A stretch of DNA of 64,000 nucleotides from positions 12,896,001-12,960,000 of the forward strand of contig NC_086377.1 in assembly GCF_036588685.1 (NCBI RefSeq), in the 5' to 3' direction. The stretch is from Mytilus trossulus (taxonomy: Eukaryota). How positions within the stretch are numbered: the first letter of the stretch is position 1; each line of letters begins with the position of its first letter. Position numbers and translations under genes: made by a program. Of the stretch, positions 41,061 to 52,547 are shown one piece after another. A model generated the notes under the pieces. That model saw only the letters and a list, made by a program, of their open reading frames with translations, did no database searches and was not told the DNA's origin.

Positions 41061-42190
41061 GCCATTAACATTTGTAATTAATATAAATACCAAAAGGTAT
41101 TACTACCAAAACATCAAATATGGGTTATAAACAGGAGCAGGAAGCAATATAGTTAATTGTGCAGATATGATAAGATTGATTATCTATTTCATCCAATAGT
41201 AATCCCCCCTCCCCGAAAAATATTTGTATCAAGTAAACATTCGAGGCGTAAAATTAAAAAAGTTATTCTAAATTTTTAGGGCTTAATTTCATATATTCTT
41301 TCAGCTTTGAACCACGACATACGGAATTATTTGCAATTAGATCCATATCAAATTCCTTCATTTAGTTACCTTTGTGTTTCTAGTTTGAGAAATTCAATGA
41401 TATTTTGTCAATAACGGGTAAATAAAGGCAAGTAAGAATGAGTCTTCTCAATACTCTTATTTAAGAAATAATTCATGGAAGCCAGATATTTGTTTGAAAT
41501 TTACACATGGCCTGGGCCGTGATAATCGAATTGTATCACGAAAGTTTATTGAAAGGAGCACGTCATATCATAATCTAAAATTAAACATAATAATTGGACA
41601 AAGCACCAAAATAACACACACCAATATAAAGTACATGCCTTTCGAGAGAAAACCACCATAATATCCCGATGACGAAATTTCCCTATTTAACTTAATAGAT
41701 ATGTAACAAATAAAACACAGAATATAGACAAAGCACATCAATGAAAACGAAAGACAAGAATACAATAATCTTTAATAGAACAATAACACAATGACGGGAT
41801 GCGTAAGTACAGAACCACGTCCGATGTTACAAAGAAACACAAACAGGGTATATGAACAAAGAACATTAGCAAAAATGAAAGACACTACTTCAAAAAAATA
41901 CCATACCAATGACACAACGACAAGATGTATAAGTACAGAGTTACGCCAAATGGATATCACCTAATAGTATGGTACAGTGTACAAACATTTATAATTCAAA
42001 TGCTTTATTTTGATGTAAGAATACCTTATTTACGATGACTCATTAACGTATTACTCACATGGTATGTTTTTGGAAAGACTTTTCGTTCATCTTGTTTTGA
42101 ATAACTTTTGATGTTATATACAAAAAATGAGTTTATGATATCTGTATTTTATATTTTTACTTTTTGTATAATATAAAACGTTTATTTCAG

Positions 42191-42850
42191 ATGTCAAGAC
42201 CGATTACGCATGTTCGTTGAGATTTGACAGGAAATCAACAAATCAATTACTGTTCCTGTCTGATGATAACACAGTAATGGCTAATTCGTTCAGTGAGGAG
42301 ACTCCGAATGCTGTTATTCATCCGGAACAGTTAAACAGGTACAAAGGCACAATTGGAAATGTCTCTCAAATACAAGTAAAATATACTTGGAAATTAATTT
42401 TCGTACGAAATTTTATCGTCCTTTATGAATAACTCAAACAACTTAGTGGTCGAACTAGGAGTGACCAGTCGTAAAGAAATAGACAATCATGTTCATACCG
42501 GAAATACTGGATGGTCGTTTCTTATTCAAAATTGCTTTTCTTACATATGCCTTACAGCCAAGAGTATGATGTCGAATACAAGGGAACAACTTAAAGTAAT
42601 GAGTTTAGGGAATACAGGTGGAACAGCTGCAACAGGAAGACTGGGATTCTTTATTAATATGAACCAGAGAGAGTTTTCAGTTATTGACAAGGACACTATG
42701 AAAATATTGTACACCTTAAAAAAGGTAGAATCTGCTGACCAACTCTGTCTGGCGTTTGGGATTTATAACCCTAGGTTAGTGAAAGCAAAACTGGAAATAA
42801 TGTATTCATACGATTTCACATCTCTCCCAATAATCAATGTTATTGTTTAA
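42191..42850 (+). pseudogene. Exon 2: B30.2/PRY-SPRY-like domain, with two frameshifts near 42363-42400
   Basis: Phase-1 acceptor tttatttcAG joins exon 1 in frame (G|AT=D). LRFDRKSTNQLLFLSDDNTVM resembles the PRY motif; KIYLEINF, LVVELGV, TGWSF and RLGFFINMNQREFSVID resemble SPRY strands. The reading passes through frames 1, 3 and 2. Confidence 0.65.
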
Positions 42851-43957
42851 AGGGGCACTCGCTACGATATGTGTATATAAACATTTAAAGTATCACTTGT
42901 TTTTGTTCTATTAATAATAATAGTGAAATAGTGAAATAATAATTCGCTTTTAGCAGCCAAAATGGTTCAATTTTGGCAAATTGATTGATTGTTGATTGAT
43001 TGTTTATTCAGGACGAGAACAAGTTCGCAATACATACAATAGGGAGGTTGATACAATAGAGGCCATCAGGGATGATGGTCGGCGAAATTTGGATTGCCAC
43101 CGGAAAAAGAGGGTATGTTGGATAGGGACAGAAATTTGGCCTTGCAACAGGCCACCTACGGACCCTCAAAGAGTTGTTACAAGGGTTCTTAACGTGCATA
43201 GAGTGTGGCACTCTCTTTACACGAGGCATCGGATTTAACATTCCCCCTTCTGACCGGACGTGACTGCGAACTTGATACATCCGGCACAGCCAAACGGACG
43301 CCCACTTCAGCAAGCGTTTTACTGCCGGTAGGGAGAAGACCAAGTGACCATAGTTCTATTCCACAGTCACCCTTGGGGAGTTTTGGCAAATTAAGCTTAA
43401 AATATTGATAATGAAGTATTCACTTACAAGTTAATAAGCCGACCTCATTAAATCCGGTTCATGTGAATTTCAATTTAAACCCTTAACTAGCGATTGACAA
43501 CGCATGTTTTGTACGTCTACGATTTATTTAAAGGAAAGGAATGTCAACATTGAAAGTGAAACAAAGGTAAATCATTTGATGACTAATTCGATCAACTAAA
43601 AATCTTTCTTCTACATGTAAAAACGACGAGAAGCATACATTTTTAATCTATAAAATAAAATTAAACAGACCTATAAAAATTCACAACCACGTGTTGGCTT
43701 AATCTATTTATGTATAATCATTAGTATAATTATATTTACAACGCGTATATGGTCATTAGAGGTCAACTCGATATTTAATCAGATGGAGTCTCGACTAAAA
43801 TACACACGAAACGAAACTACACATTATTGACTCTATCCTCTGTAAACTGTTTTTTTTCGCACTTTTGATAGTTTGGATAAATGTTATACATTGTTATAAA
43901 TAAAATATGAAAATTTGAGTCAAATCGGTGACCATGAATTTGACAGCTTGTGCCCAT
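42851..43957. mobile_element. Kolobok-like non-autonomous element, TTAA TSD
   Basis: TTAA|aggggcactcgct ... agcttgtgcccat|TTAA. Contains a nested SINE. Confidence 0.75.
42980..43352 (-). mobile_element. SINE with Nin/Deu-like central domain and (CAAT)n tail
   Basis: Minus strand ...gttaaatccgatgcctcgtgt...gcacgttaagaaccc..., ending gaacttgttctcgtcctgaat and caatcaacaatcaatcaa. GC-richer than the flanks. Confidence 0.65.
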
Positions 43958-44291
43958 TTAACAAAGGAGAAGATAAACTGGAGATAAGTTATTTATACGA
44001 TTTCTTATATCTTCCAGTTAAAAAAAATGCATCAGCTTCTAAACATTTCCATCTTAAAACAGATGTTGGCCAGTATCATGAATATGAACCTTACTTCTTA
44101 TAAAATGTAAGGCAAACATATCAGCTGATACATGGTAATTTAAAAAACAATGAAAGTGCTTACATTTTCAAATGAATGAATTGCAAAACCAGACATGTCA
44201 GTACAACCAATTAAGAAAGAAAAGGTATATACCTGACAATTGACAATTACAGTATACACCAACTAGACGCCCTTGTGCAAGTAGACTAAGG

Positions 44292-44852
44292 CGAGCTAAA
44301 TTCATTTTAGCTTTAGCTTAATTCATTTAAGCATAAGCTGAATTCATTTTTGCATAAGCTGAAATCAATTTAGCATATGCTGAATTGTTTAGCTTATACA
44401 TAAATGTTGGCGCGGAATCAAGGTCATAAATATAAAAAAAAAGTGTATTTTGGCATATACTTAATGAATTTAGCTTATGCTAAAATGAATTAGGCTTATG
44501 CTAAAATGATTTAAAGCTTATGCTAAAATGAATTAAGCTTATGCTAAAATGAATTAAGCTTATGCTAAAATGAATTTAGCTTATGCTAAAATGAATTTAG
44601 CTTATGCTAAAATGAATTTAGCTTATGCTAAAATGAATTTAGCTTATGCTAAAATGAATTCAGCTTATTCTTAATTAATTATATTATCCAATCAAAATCT
44701 CGCTTTCTTAACCACTTTTATAGGACTTTATACTTTTCTCTGGTATAAAGTAATAACCACTTTTCTCAAAGTAAATATTTTTATAAATGTTTTTCTTAAT
44801 GTAAATACATATATAAATAGGGGGTACTATGGCCGTCTGCCATCCCGCTAAG
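44292..44852 (+). repeat. Element with 20-21-bp quasi-palindromic minisatellite (agcttatgctaaaatgaattt)n
   Basis: About 10 tandem units at 44465-44668, and oppositely oriented units at 44292-44395 around ggcgcggaatcaaggtcataaa. Inverted homolog at 60760-61335. Confidence 0.9.
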
Positions 44853-45386
44853 TCCATCTCTGCTACAATTAAGCTGATTTTTTTATAAAAATTTAGGTCT
44901 TGCATGTTGGAAAATTTATTTTAAATTCTTGACACGAGTTTGCTGTTTAAACAAAATTCTATGTGTAATTGTGTATACATTGTATTCGATCTATTAACCC
45001 TTAACGGTGCTATAGATACACAATGTGTACATTCGTTGCCGATTGCATAAATGAAATTTTCACTACTGTGTGGGGTGAAAAGGTCGTCGAATACAATACT
45101 GTTTTTTTATATGGTCGGGTTGTTGTCTCTTTGACACATTCCCCATTTCCATTCTCAATTATAATAGAATTTAATTAAATGAAAATTAAATTAATTTATT
45201 GAATTAACATATACATGTATTGAGACTCGACAAATCGAGTCGTCCTTTACTCTTATTATGCTAATTTGAGCATGTGACAGCCGAGTAGTCAAAGTCCGTG
45301 CAATTTAACGGTCTCTTTTACCTTGAAAACCGAACGGAGAGGACGTTAAGAAATTAAGAGAAATATTCTACATACACTATCAAGAA

Positions 45387-46507
45387 ATGCCTAGAATTGG
45401 TCGACGAAGAAATGGGAATGGGCGCGCACGAGTGCCCGTTGTTGAAGCGCAACCACCAGAGAGACGACGCGGAAGGAGAAACCGTGCAGTTGCTGCACCA
45501 AGAAATCAAGATGTGGGGGCAATTGTTGGTGAAATACAAGTACAAGCACCTCTTCCTCTACAAATCCAGGCTCCTTTGCCAATTGAAAGACAACCTGCCT
45601 TGCAAGGTCCAGCACCAGCAATGAACGTACAAGCGCCATTTGGGCAAGTTGAAATACCAGCTCCTGTGCCAATGCCTAATCAAAATGGTGAGATAAATAA
45701 TGATCCTATGCTTATACTTAATCAGTCAGAATGTGATGTTTACGTATCTCAAAATTTGAAAGAAAAAATATGGAATAGAGAATTTATAGATTTGTCATTA
45801 CTTCTTTATCAAAATTTTATTAGTCAAAGTGACAGACCTCAGAATGTTATAAGTTATGTAATGCAGCTGGTTCACTTGTAATTACATCAAACAAAAACAG
45901 CAAAGTTAAATCTATTCAAAACATTGAGTCATGGACTGATGCATTTATAAATTATATGAAAATATTTATTCAACGTTTTCCAAATTTAGCTAGTGAATTG
46001 ACCACTTATATGTCAATCGTTAGAGGTACACAAGTGTCTTTTGAGAAGATTTATTGTTATGACCAGCAATTTCGATTAAGAATGGCAAATAATCCTACAA
46101 GATCTTGGTCTTCCATTGATGGCATTTTATGGTACACCGTCATAGCTAATGGGGAACCGGAGGGTAATACAATTCAACAGACAAGTGTAGGTAATCGACC
46201 ATGCTATGATTATAATTTCAAGGGAGTTTGTAATCGTCAAAATTGTTTTTATACCCATTTATGTATGAAATGCGGAATGGCCCACCCTTTCGCTGGCTGT
46301 CAACAAGTAAATAGCTACCAGGCATATGCTCGTTCTCAAAATGCAGCCCGAGGCACATATCAAAATACAACGAGAGTTGCTAGAAATTTTGCACATAGAA
46401 GTCAAACACATTTTCAAAGAGGAGCAAATTCGAATCAAGGATTTAGACCTCGAGGAAGCAGATTCCCTGCCCTTCGAATGGCCGCACCACAAACATTTAA
46501 CAATTAA
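45387..46507 (+). pseudogene. Gag-like ORF1 (frameshift near 45858)
   Basis: Arg/Pro-rich N-terminus, KEKIWNREFIDLSLLL, IESWTDAFINY, YDQQFR and a Cys/His finger CYDYNFKGVCNRQNCFYTHLCMKCGMAHP, typical of DIRS/Ngaro ORF1. Confidence 0.85.
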
Positions 46508-46525
46508 ATTTTATATTTTTCAGAA

Positions 46526-48170
46526 TCTTTAATTAATCCGTTGGACATATGGTGTCTTGGCTTTACTCCGATCAATATCACAGAATTAAATAAAATTCTT
46601 TTCAATTACCCAAATCAACATGATGCAATGATATTATGCAAGGGATTTTCTGAAGGTTTTAGGTTAAATTATGTTGGACCCCGATGTAGGATTGAATCAA
46701 AAAATTTACATTCAGTCATCCAAAATCCTGGGGTGGCATGGGAAAAAGTCATGAGTGAAGTAAAAAATGGTTGCATAGCTGGTCCTTTTTTGACTAGACC
46801 TATATCTAATCTAAGGTGTTCGCCTATAGGTGTAATTCCTAAGAAAACGGGTGGATTTAGATTGATTACGCACTTATCTTTTCCGCCAAATTTGAGTGTA
46901 AACGACTTTATTGATGAAAAATTTACTACAGTAAAGTATTCGTCTTTTGACAATGCTATTGATATGATTAAAAGATTGGGTTCAAATGTTGAAATTGGAA
47001 AAAAGGACATTAAATCCGCCTTCAGATTGTTAAACATTTATCCAGGGGACTTCGATCTATTAGGATTTAAGCTCAATGAATATTATTTCATAGATAAATC
47101 ATTGCCTATGGGGTACTCAGAATCAAATTGCTTATTCGAAAAATTTTCAACTTTCATTTAATGGGCTGTCATGAATGAATCCAATTCAGCTAATCTTGAT
47201 CATTATTTGGATGAATTTTTATTTGCTGGTAAAAGTAATACTGAGGATTGTAAAAATCTTTTGAATAGTTTTGATAGAGTTTGTTGTCGTCTTGGAGTCC
47301 CAATTGCTCATGAAAAAAACAGAAGGCCCAACAACAAAACTTAGTTATCTAGGTTTGCTTATAGACACAGAAAAAATGCTAATGCAAATTCCGGAGGACA
47401 AAGTATTGGAGTTAAAGTCAAAAATTAAATGGGTATTGGGTAGGAAAAAGATAACTTTAAGGGACCTACAATCTTTGTGTGGGTCATTAGCTTTTTGTGC
47501 AAAAGCTCTACCTGCAGGCAGAGCATTTAGCAGACGAATTTATTTGGCAAGTAGTCATGCAAAGAAACCACATTATTATGTCAGAATTACAGAAGGCATG
47601 TATCAAGACTTATTGGTATGGGAATTGTTTTTAGACAAATTTAACGGTATTAGTTACATGCTCGACATTGATTGGACTTCAAATTCAGTTTTACAACTAT
47701 TTACTGACAGCGCTGGTGGTTCAACAAAAGGGTGTGGCTGCTATTTCCTTTTTTTTTTCCAAGGTAAATGGGCTTTTCTTAAATGGCCTGTAGAATGGTC
47801 TGGTACTGAAGTTCTCAGGGATATATCAGATTTAGAAATGATACCTATTGCACTATCTGTTTACTTGTGGGATAACCTTTTTCAAAAAAAGAAAATTTTA
47901 TTTAATTCGGATAATAATGCCGTGGTTGAAATTTTAAATAAGAAGACGTCAAAATCTATACGAATTATGAACCTTGTTAGACACATAGTATATTGGTCAT
48001 TATTAGGCAATTTTCACATTAAGGCACAGTTCATTCCTGGTTATACAAATATAATTGCAGATTGTATTTCTCGTAAAAAATTTCAGAAATTCAAAAGTCT
48101 GGCTCTAACAGCAGATACACATCCAGCTACAATTCCGGAGGAATTTTGGAACATTTTAGACCAGAAATAG
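46526..48170 (+). pseudogene. Reverse transcriptase / RNase H (pol)
   Basis: SPIGVIPKK..GFRLITHLS, KKDIKSAFR, LPMG and HYLDEF (YLDD altered); RNase H LFTDSAG, LEMIPI, SDN and IADCISR. Premature TAA at 47159-47161 and a poly-A frameshift at ~47315. Confidence 0.92.
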
Positions 48171-48910
48171 CTAAGTTATTGGACGCATCGAATTCTCAGA
48201 ATACATGGAAAACGTATAACAATGGACTGACTTCATTTGTTTCATTTAGATTAAAAGAAGGTTTAGGAAATACATGGCCGCCCAGTATTTCGCATTTAGT
48301 CAATTATGTTGCTTATTTATCAAAATTAGGATATGCCCCTGCAACGGTTAAGGTGTACTTGTCAGGTTTAAGCTATTATTTACGAATAAATGAGCTCACT
48401 GATTTGACTTCATCGTTCATTATACAAAAAATGTTGAAAGAAATGGACAAACTATATGGCGTAGTGGATAGTCGCAAACCTATAACTTTAGAAATATTAG
48501 CTCGATTAATAAACTCGTTGCAATTTGTCTGTTCTTCAGTATATGAATGTACGTTATTTAGATCCATGTTTTCATTAGCATTTTTTTAACAGTTGAACGA
48601 TTTTATCAAGTAGATATTTGCCCGGTGAGATTGTTATTAAACTTTGTTTCAATCAGACACCAAAACAATGGACCACTTTTTTTGTCATTTTAACAAAACC
48701 GGTGTAACACGATATCAGTTTTCTAGTGTACTATGCAAGACCATGAAATTTATTGATTGTAATCCAAATGAGTACAACACGCATTCATTTCGAATAGGAG
48801 CAGCTACACATTTTGCTATGAATTGTCATACTGATGAAGAAATTATGACTTTAGGTCGTTGGAAATCTGCATCCTTTAAACGTTACATAAGAATTGAGCT
48901 AACTAAATAA
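48146..48910 (+). pseudogene. Tyrosine recombinase (internally deleted)
   Basis: N-terminal NTWKTY...APATVKVYLSGLSY and RKPIT; C-terminal HSFRIGAAT...LGRWKS..FKRYIR. The first catalytic Arg box after SLAFF is missing. Confidence 0.9.
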
Positions 48911-48925
48911 CTTATAATTTCAGCT

Positions 48926-49742
48926 TGTCTTAGTAATGAAATATGGATTAGTGGTTCTTCAATAATATGCAGTGCTCGTGATCACTCGGAGAACAGACCT
49001 TCAGGTAGTAATTTAGGTCTTTTGAAAAATAATAATTGTTTTTTATATAGATTAGACCGTTGGTTTTCCCGTTTGAATGGTTTTACACTAGTAATTTTGG
49101 GGCCCTTTATAGCTTGTTGTTCGGTGTGAGCCAAGGCTCCGTGTTGAAGGCCGTACTTTAACCTATAATGGTTTAATTTTTAAATTGTTATTTGGATGGA
49201 GAGTTGTCTCATTGGCACTCACACCACATCTTCCTATATCTATTTTGCGATGGGCAGGCGAATCTGGTATGAAATGGGACGATGTTGTTGGCACATTTAA
49301 CAGCATCATTAATTTATGCAACAAAATTCCACATGCGTTGATATTGCATTGTGGTGGGAATGACATAGGAAATGTACCATGTGGTGCTCTGCTATATCAC
49401 ATTAAATTCACAATAGCAATTCTGTCTCGCATGCTCCCAAATTGTTCTCTTATATGGTCAAGCATTCTTCCAAGGCGTTCGTGGCGTTACTCAAGTGATG
49501 ACCATGCCATGGAAGTTACAAGAAAGAGAATAAATAGGGGAGTGAGATCTTATATACTCAAACATGGAGGATACGTTATCAAATATCCAGATTTTGATGA
49601 TCGTCATCCAGCGCTATATTCTGACGATGGAGTACATCTATCATTTATTGGAAATGATATTTTCTTGAATCAAATTCAGTCAGCACTAGAAACATTCATA
49701 AAGTATCCACATTGTGTTATATTTCCTCACGATCACCACTAA
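48926..49742 (+). pseudogene. SGNH/GDSL hydrolase ORF of the element, split by a repeat insertion (49039-49243)
   Basis: Block I IWISGSSI, block II WAGESGM, block III LHCGGND and block V DGVHLS. Confidence 0.88.
49039..49243. mobile_element. Family-A interspersed repeat inserted in the hydrolase ORF
   Basis: Matches the repeat at 10870-11000 (ccaaggctccgtgttg..ggccgtac..taacctata...tctcattggcactca.accacatcttccta). Confidence 0.85.
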
Positions 49743-51347
49743 TTTAAAATAAACACAGTTCATACTGATATTGGATGAAAATACATGTATTTTATGAAAT
49801 TTGGTTGTTATATAAATGTTGAATTCGCAATATCTTTTATTATTTTGATTGTTTAAATGTTGTTGAAAAGTTGATTGTAGAATTGGAGATAACCGAATTG
49901 TCATGGGTAAATTTTGTGGCGGATTATCATTCTGTACTAAAGTCCGAATGATAATTTTGGCGTAATTTACTTCATTTTATGCAGACTATGGATAGCCCAG
50001 CTGCTAATTCTGAAATATTGCTGAATGGACCGCCCTTCAGTACACCAGCTTTGGATCGCCCAGCTGTGATACAATGATTAGTTCAATCGTCATCAACATT
50101 TTATTGATTGACAAATATTTTGGTTGTGTACTGTTGTTGTAACAGTTGTTGTTGTTTTATGAATTTTGATTAAATGTTGCCATGACAATTCAATATCCAA
50201 ACCAAATCAGTGTTTGTTATTTGTTGTACTGAAATACAAATCAAGGCATCAATGGCGTCTGTTCGTCAATTCTGATAATTGGTTAATTTACAACAAGTGA
50301 TATTTTGGTCAAATGAGATATTGAATAATGTTTACATTATAATAGATGACAAGTTGAGATTGGACCAAATGATGTTTTTCAATCTTGGTCAATGATTTAG
50401 CACTATCGGAAAGACAGGTTAATTTTTATTTGCAGCACAATCCCATTACAATTTTGTAGTTTTCGAGTAGTTCTGTTTTTGATCATTCTTAACTTTTGCC
50501 AATCCTTTTAACTTGTCACAGGAGGGTTCATCCTTGATGAAAGCACTTAGTTGAAACCGCCACATTTACGTAAATATATAAAAAGAAGATGTGGTATGAT
50601 TGCCAATGAGACAACTCTCCATAACAGTATAAAAGTTTACGACGACGGACGACGGCGTCGTCGGACGCAAAGTGTAGAGAAAAAGCTCACTTGGCCCTGT
50701 GGGCCAGGTGAGCTAATAATCATATCATTGAAAGTCTTCCTATAATCAGATCTTTCACGATGTTCGACAAACGGTCTTCAAAAAGCGTTACGTGATCATT
50801 CACAATACGACATATCAATTGTGTGTAAATATTTATTTTTTACAAAGTTTATGATAATGATTACACAAAATAACTTTGATGACTAGTTGGTTCATTCAAA
50901 TGAAAGGACTGGTATTGGAGAAAGGTAGTTTTGTCATTCGAATTGTAATAAAAAAAACAAATATTTGTTAACATTTTTAATGTCATTGAAATGTCGAGGA
51001 GCAATCTGCCTTTTATAGTTTTGTACTTTTAAACCTAGATTTTCTCACATACTGTTCATAATGATGAACCAATTTGACAGGTTGTTTTATTTTGTTGTAA
51101 CTTTGTTAATGTAATTAATCAAATTAGATTAGTTATTGACCCTGGATATATCTACTCGTTAAGATTTGAATTTACGATCCGATACTGGATTTTTCACGAT
51201 CCGATCGCAATACTTGACCACCGATGGTCATCGATAGGTGTTTTTTCAATTTCATTTCTCTCAAATAAACCGAATGAAACCCATAGTATGTGTGCCAAGT
51301 AGACAAGTCGCCATCAAAGTCACAATTTGTAAAAGTAAACCATCATT

Positions 51348-52289
51348 AAGTCCAATCAAACTAAGATTTAACCTGAAACTAATTGCAACAGAAAATGTTT
51401 TAGTTCTAATCTAATCTATAGCATTATGCCCTTTACATACACAGAAAAAAATCCCATTAAATCTTACTTGAGGAAAACTCAAAATCAGCAGTGTTTATTT
51501 TGTATGGAAATTAACATTGAAAGGGGAGATAACTCTTACAAAAAATAGTATTTTTTGGTCAGTTTTTTGTTGTTTTTCTTGAAATTTATGTAAAGTATAC
51601 ATGTAATACTTTGGTGGGGTTATAAGTTTATATTTGACTAAATTATATAATCTACTGCTCATGAAATGTACAAAACCAAAGTGTCATGGGTAGTTTTATT
51701 TTTTTTCGTGCATTTTTCATTAAAGAAATTGCAAATTTGAAGCTTTGTAACTATTTTGAAAAAATAATGTGACAATTTGGTATTGTTTATATCTGTAAAT
51801 TATATTTTTTCAGCTACTTACTCATCTAAAGAAACTTTAAACTACAAAAAGAAGAATACATGCTTAATTATTTTTATTAAATTTGAGATTCTTTACCTTT
51901 ACATGTTGAAAAAATGGTCAACTAATGAATTACGAAATCTTGATTATAGCTTGATAAAATAATATGAAAACACCTTTAGAGTTGTTTGTTATACTCTAAA
52001 GACAGCTGAAAAATAAAGAATCGATACATTCTGATAAATAGAAGCGATAAAGTTATAATTTTGTATAAATTTTTATTGATATTTCTGCTTTTTTTGCAAG
52101 AGTTATCTCCCTTTTCAATGAAAATCTCCATAGGAAGTTTAAATGGTGATTTTTTAGTCTTCAAGTTAGATTTTATGGGACTTTTTTCTGTGTATATTTG
52201 TGGTATAATGCTAAAGACTAAAGCTTAAAAATCTTCTGTTGCAATTACTTTCGGGTTAGGACAAATTTATGCTAGATTGACTGGACTAT
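51348..52289. mobile_element. Non-autonomous element with ~200-bp imperfect TIRs (Academ-like TAG..CTA ends)
   Basis: Left agtccaatcaa...taattgcaacagaa...atacacagaaaaaa.tccca...gggagataactctt mirrors the right end ...ttgactggacta. A solo right end recurs at 60601-60750. Confidence 0.75.
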
Positions 52290-52547
52290 ATATGGCTAGA
52301 TAACTTTTCAGAAATTATGTCCAAATTGGCCTTTTTGATTCACTGAACTGATCATCATAATTCAAAAATCAAATTAACGAAACAAAATCTTCTATAGATT
52401 CTGTATTTTATTTATTGATCTAACTGATATAAAACAACTACTAAGAATAAAAACCCATGCTTTGTAGTGTACTACCGGGACAAAAAAAAATGATTTTTTA
52501 AAAATAAAAAAATATGTGTGGACTTGAACTGCGTTTTTGTTAACTTA

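Larger units (their letters stand above)
45220..50220 (+). mobile_element. Ngaro/DIRS-type tyrosine-recombinase retrotransposon (decayed); boundaries approximate
   Basis: ORF order gag - RT/RNase H - YR - SGNH hydrolase; no integrase or protease. Confidence 0.92.

Noticed and set aside
42996-43408. Four overlapping ORFs on both strands
   Set aside because: A by-product of the GC-richer SINE sequence; no protein motifs.
44465-44668. Regular short repeats superficially like a CRISPR array
   Set aside because: Head-to-tail units with no unique spacers, no cas genes and a eukaryotic context. It is a minisatellite.
46669-48567. Antisense ORFs within the Ngaro element
   Set aside because: Shadow ORFs of the sense pol and YR coding sequence.
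50525-50562. Hammerhead-like cttgatgaaagcacttagttgaaac
   Set aside because: Core reads TTGATGA and no stem I/III or cleavage triplet can be built.
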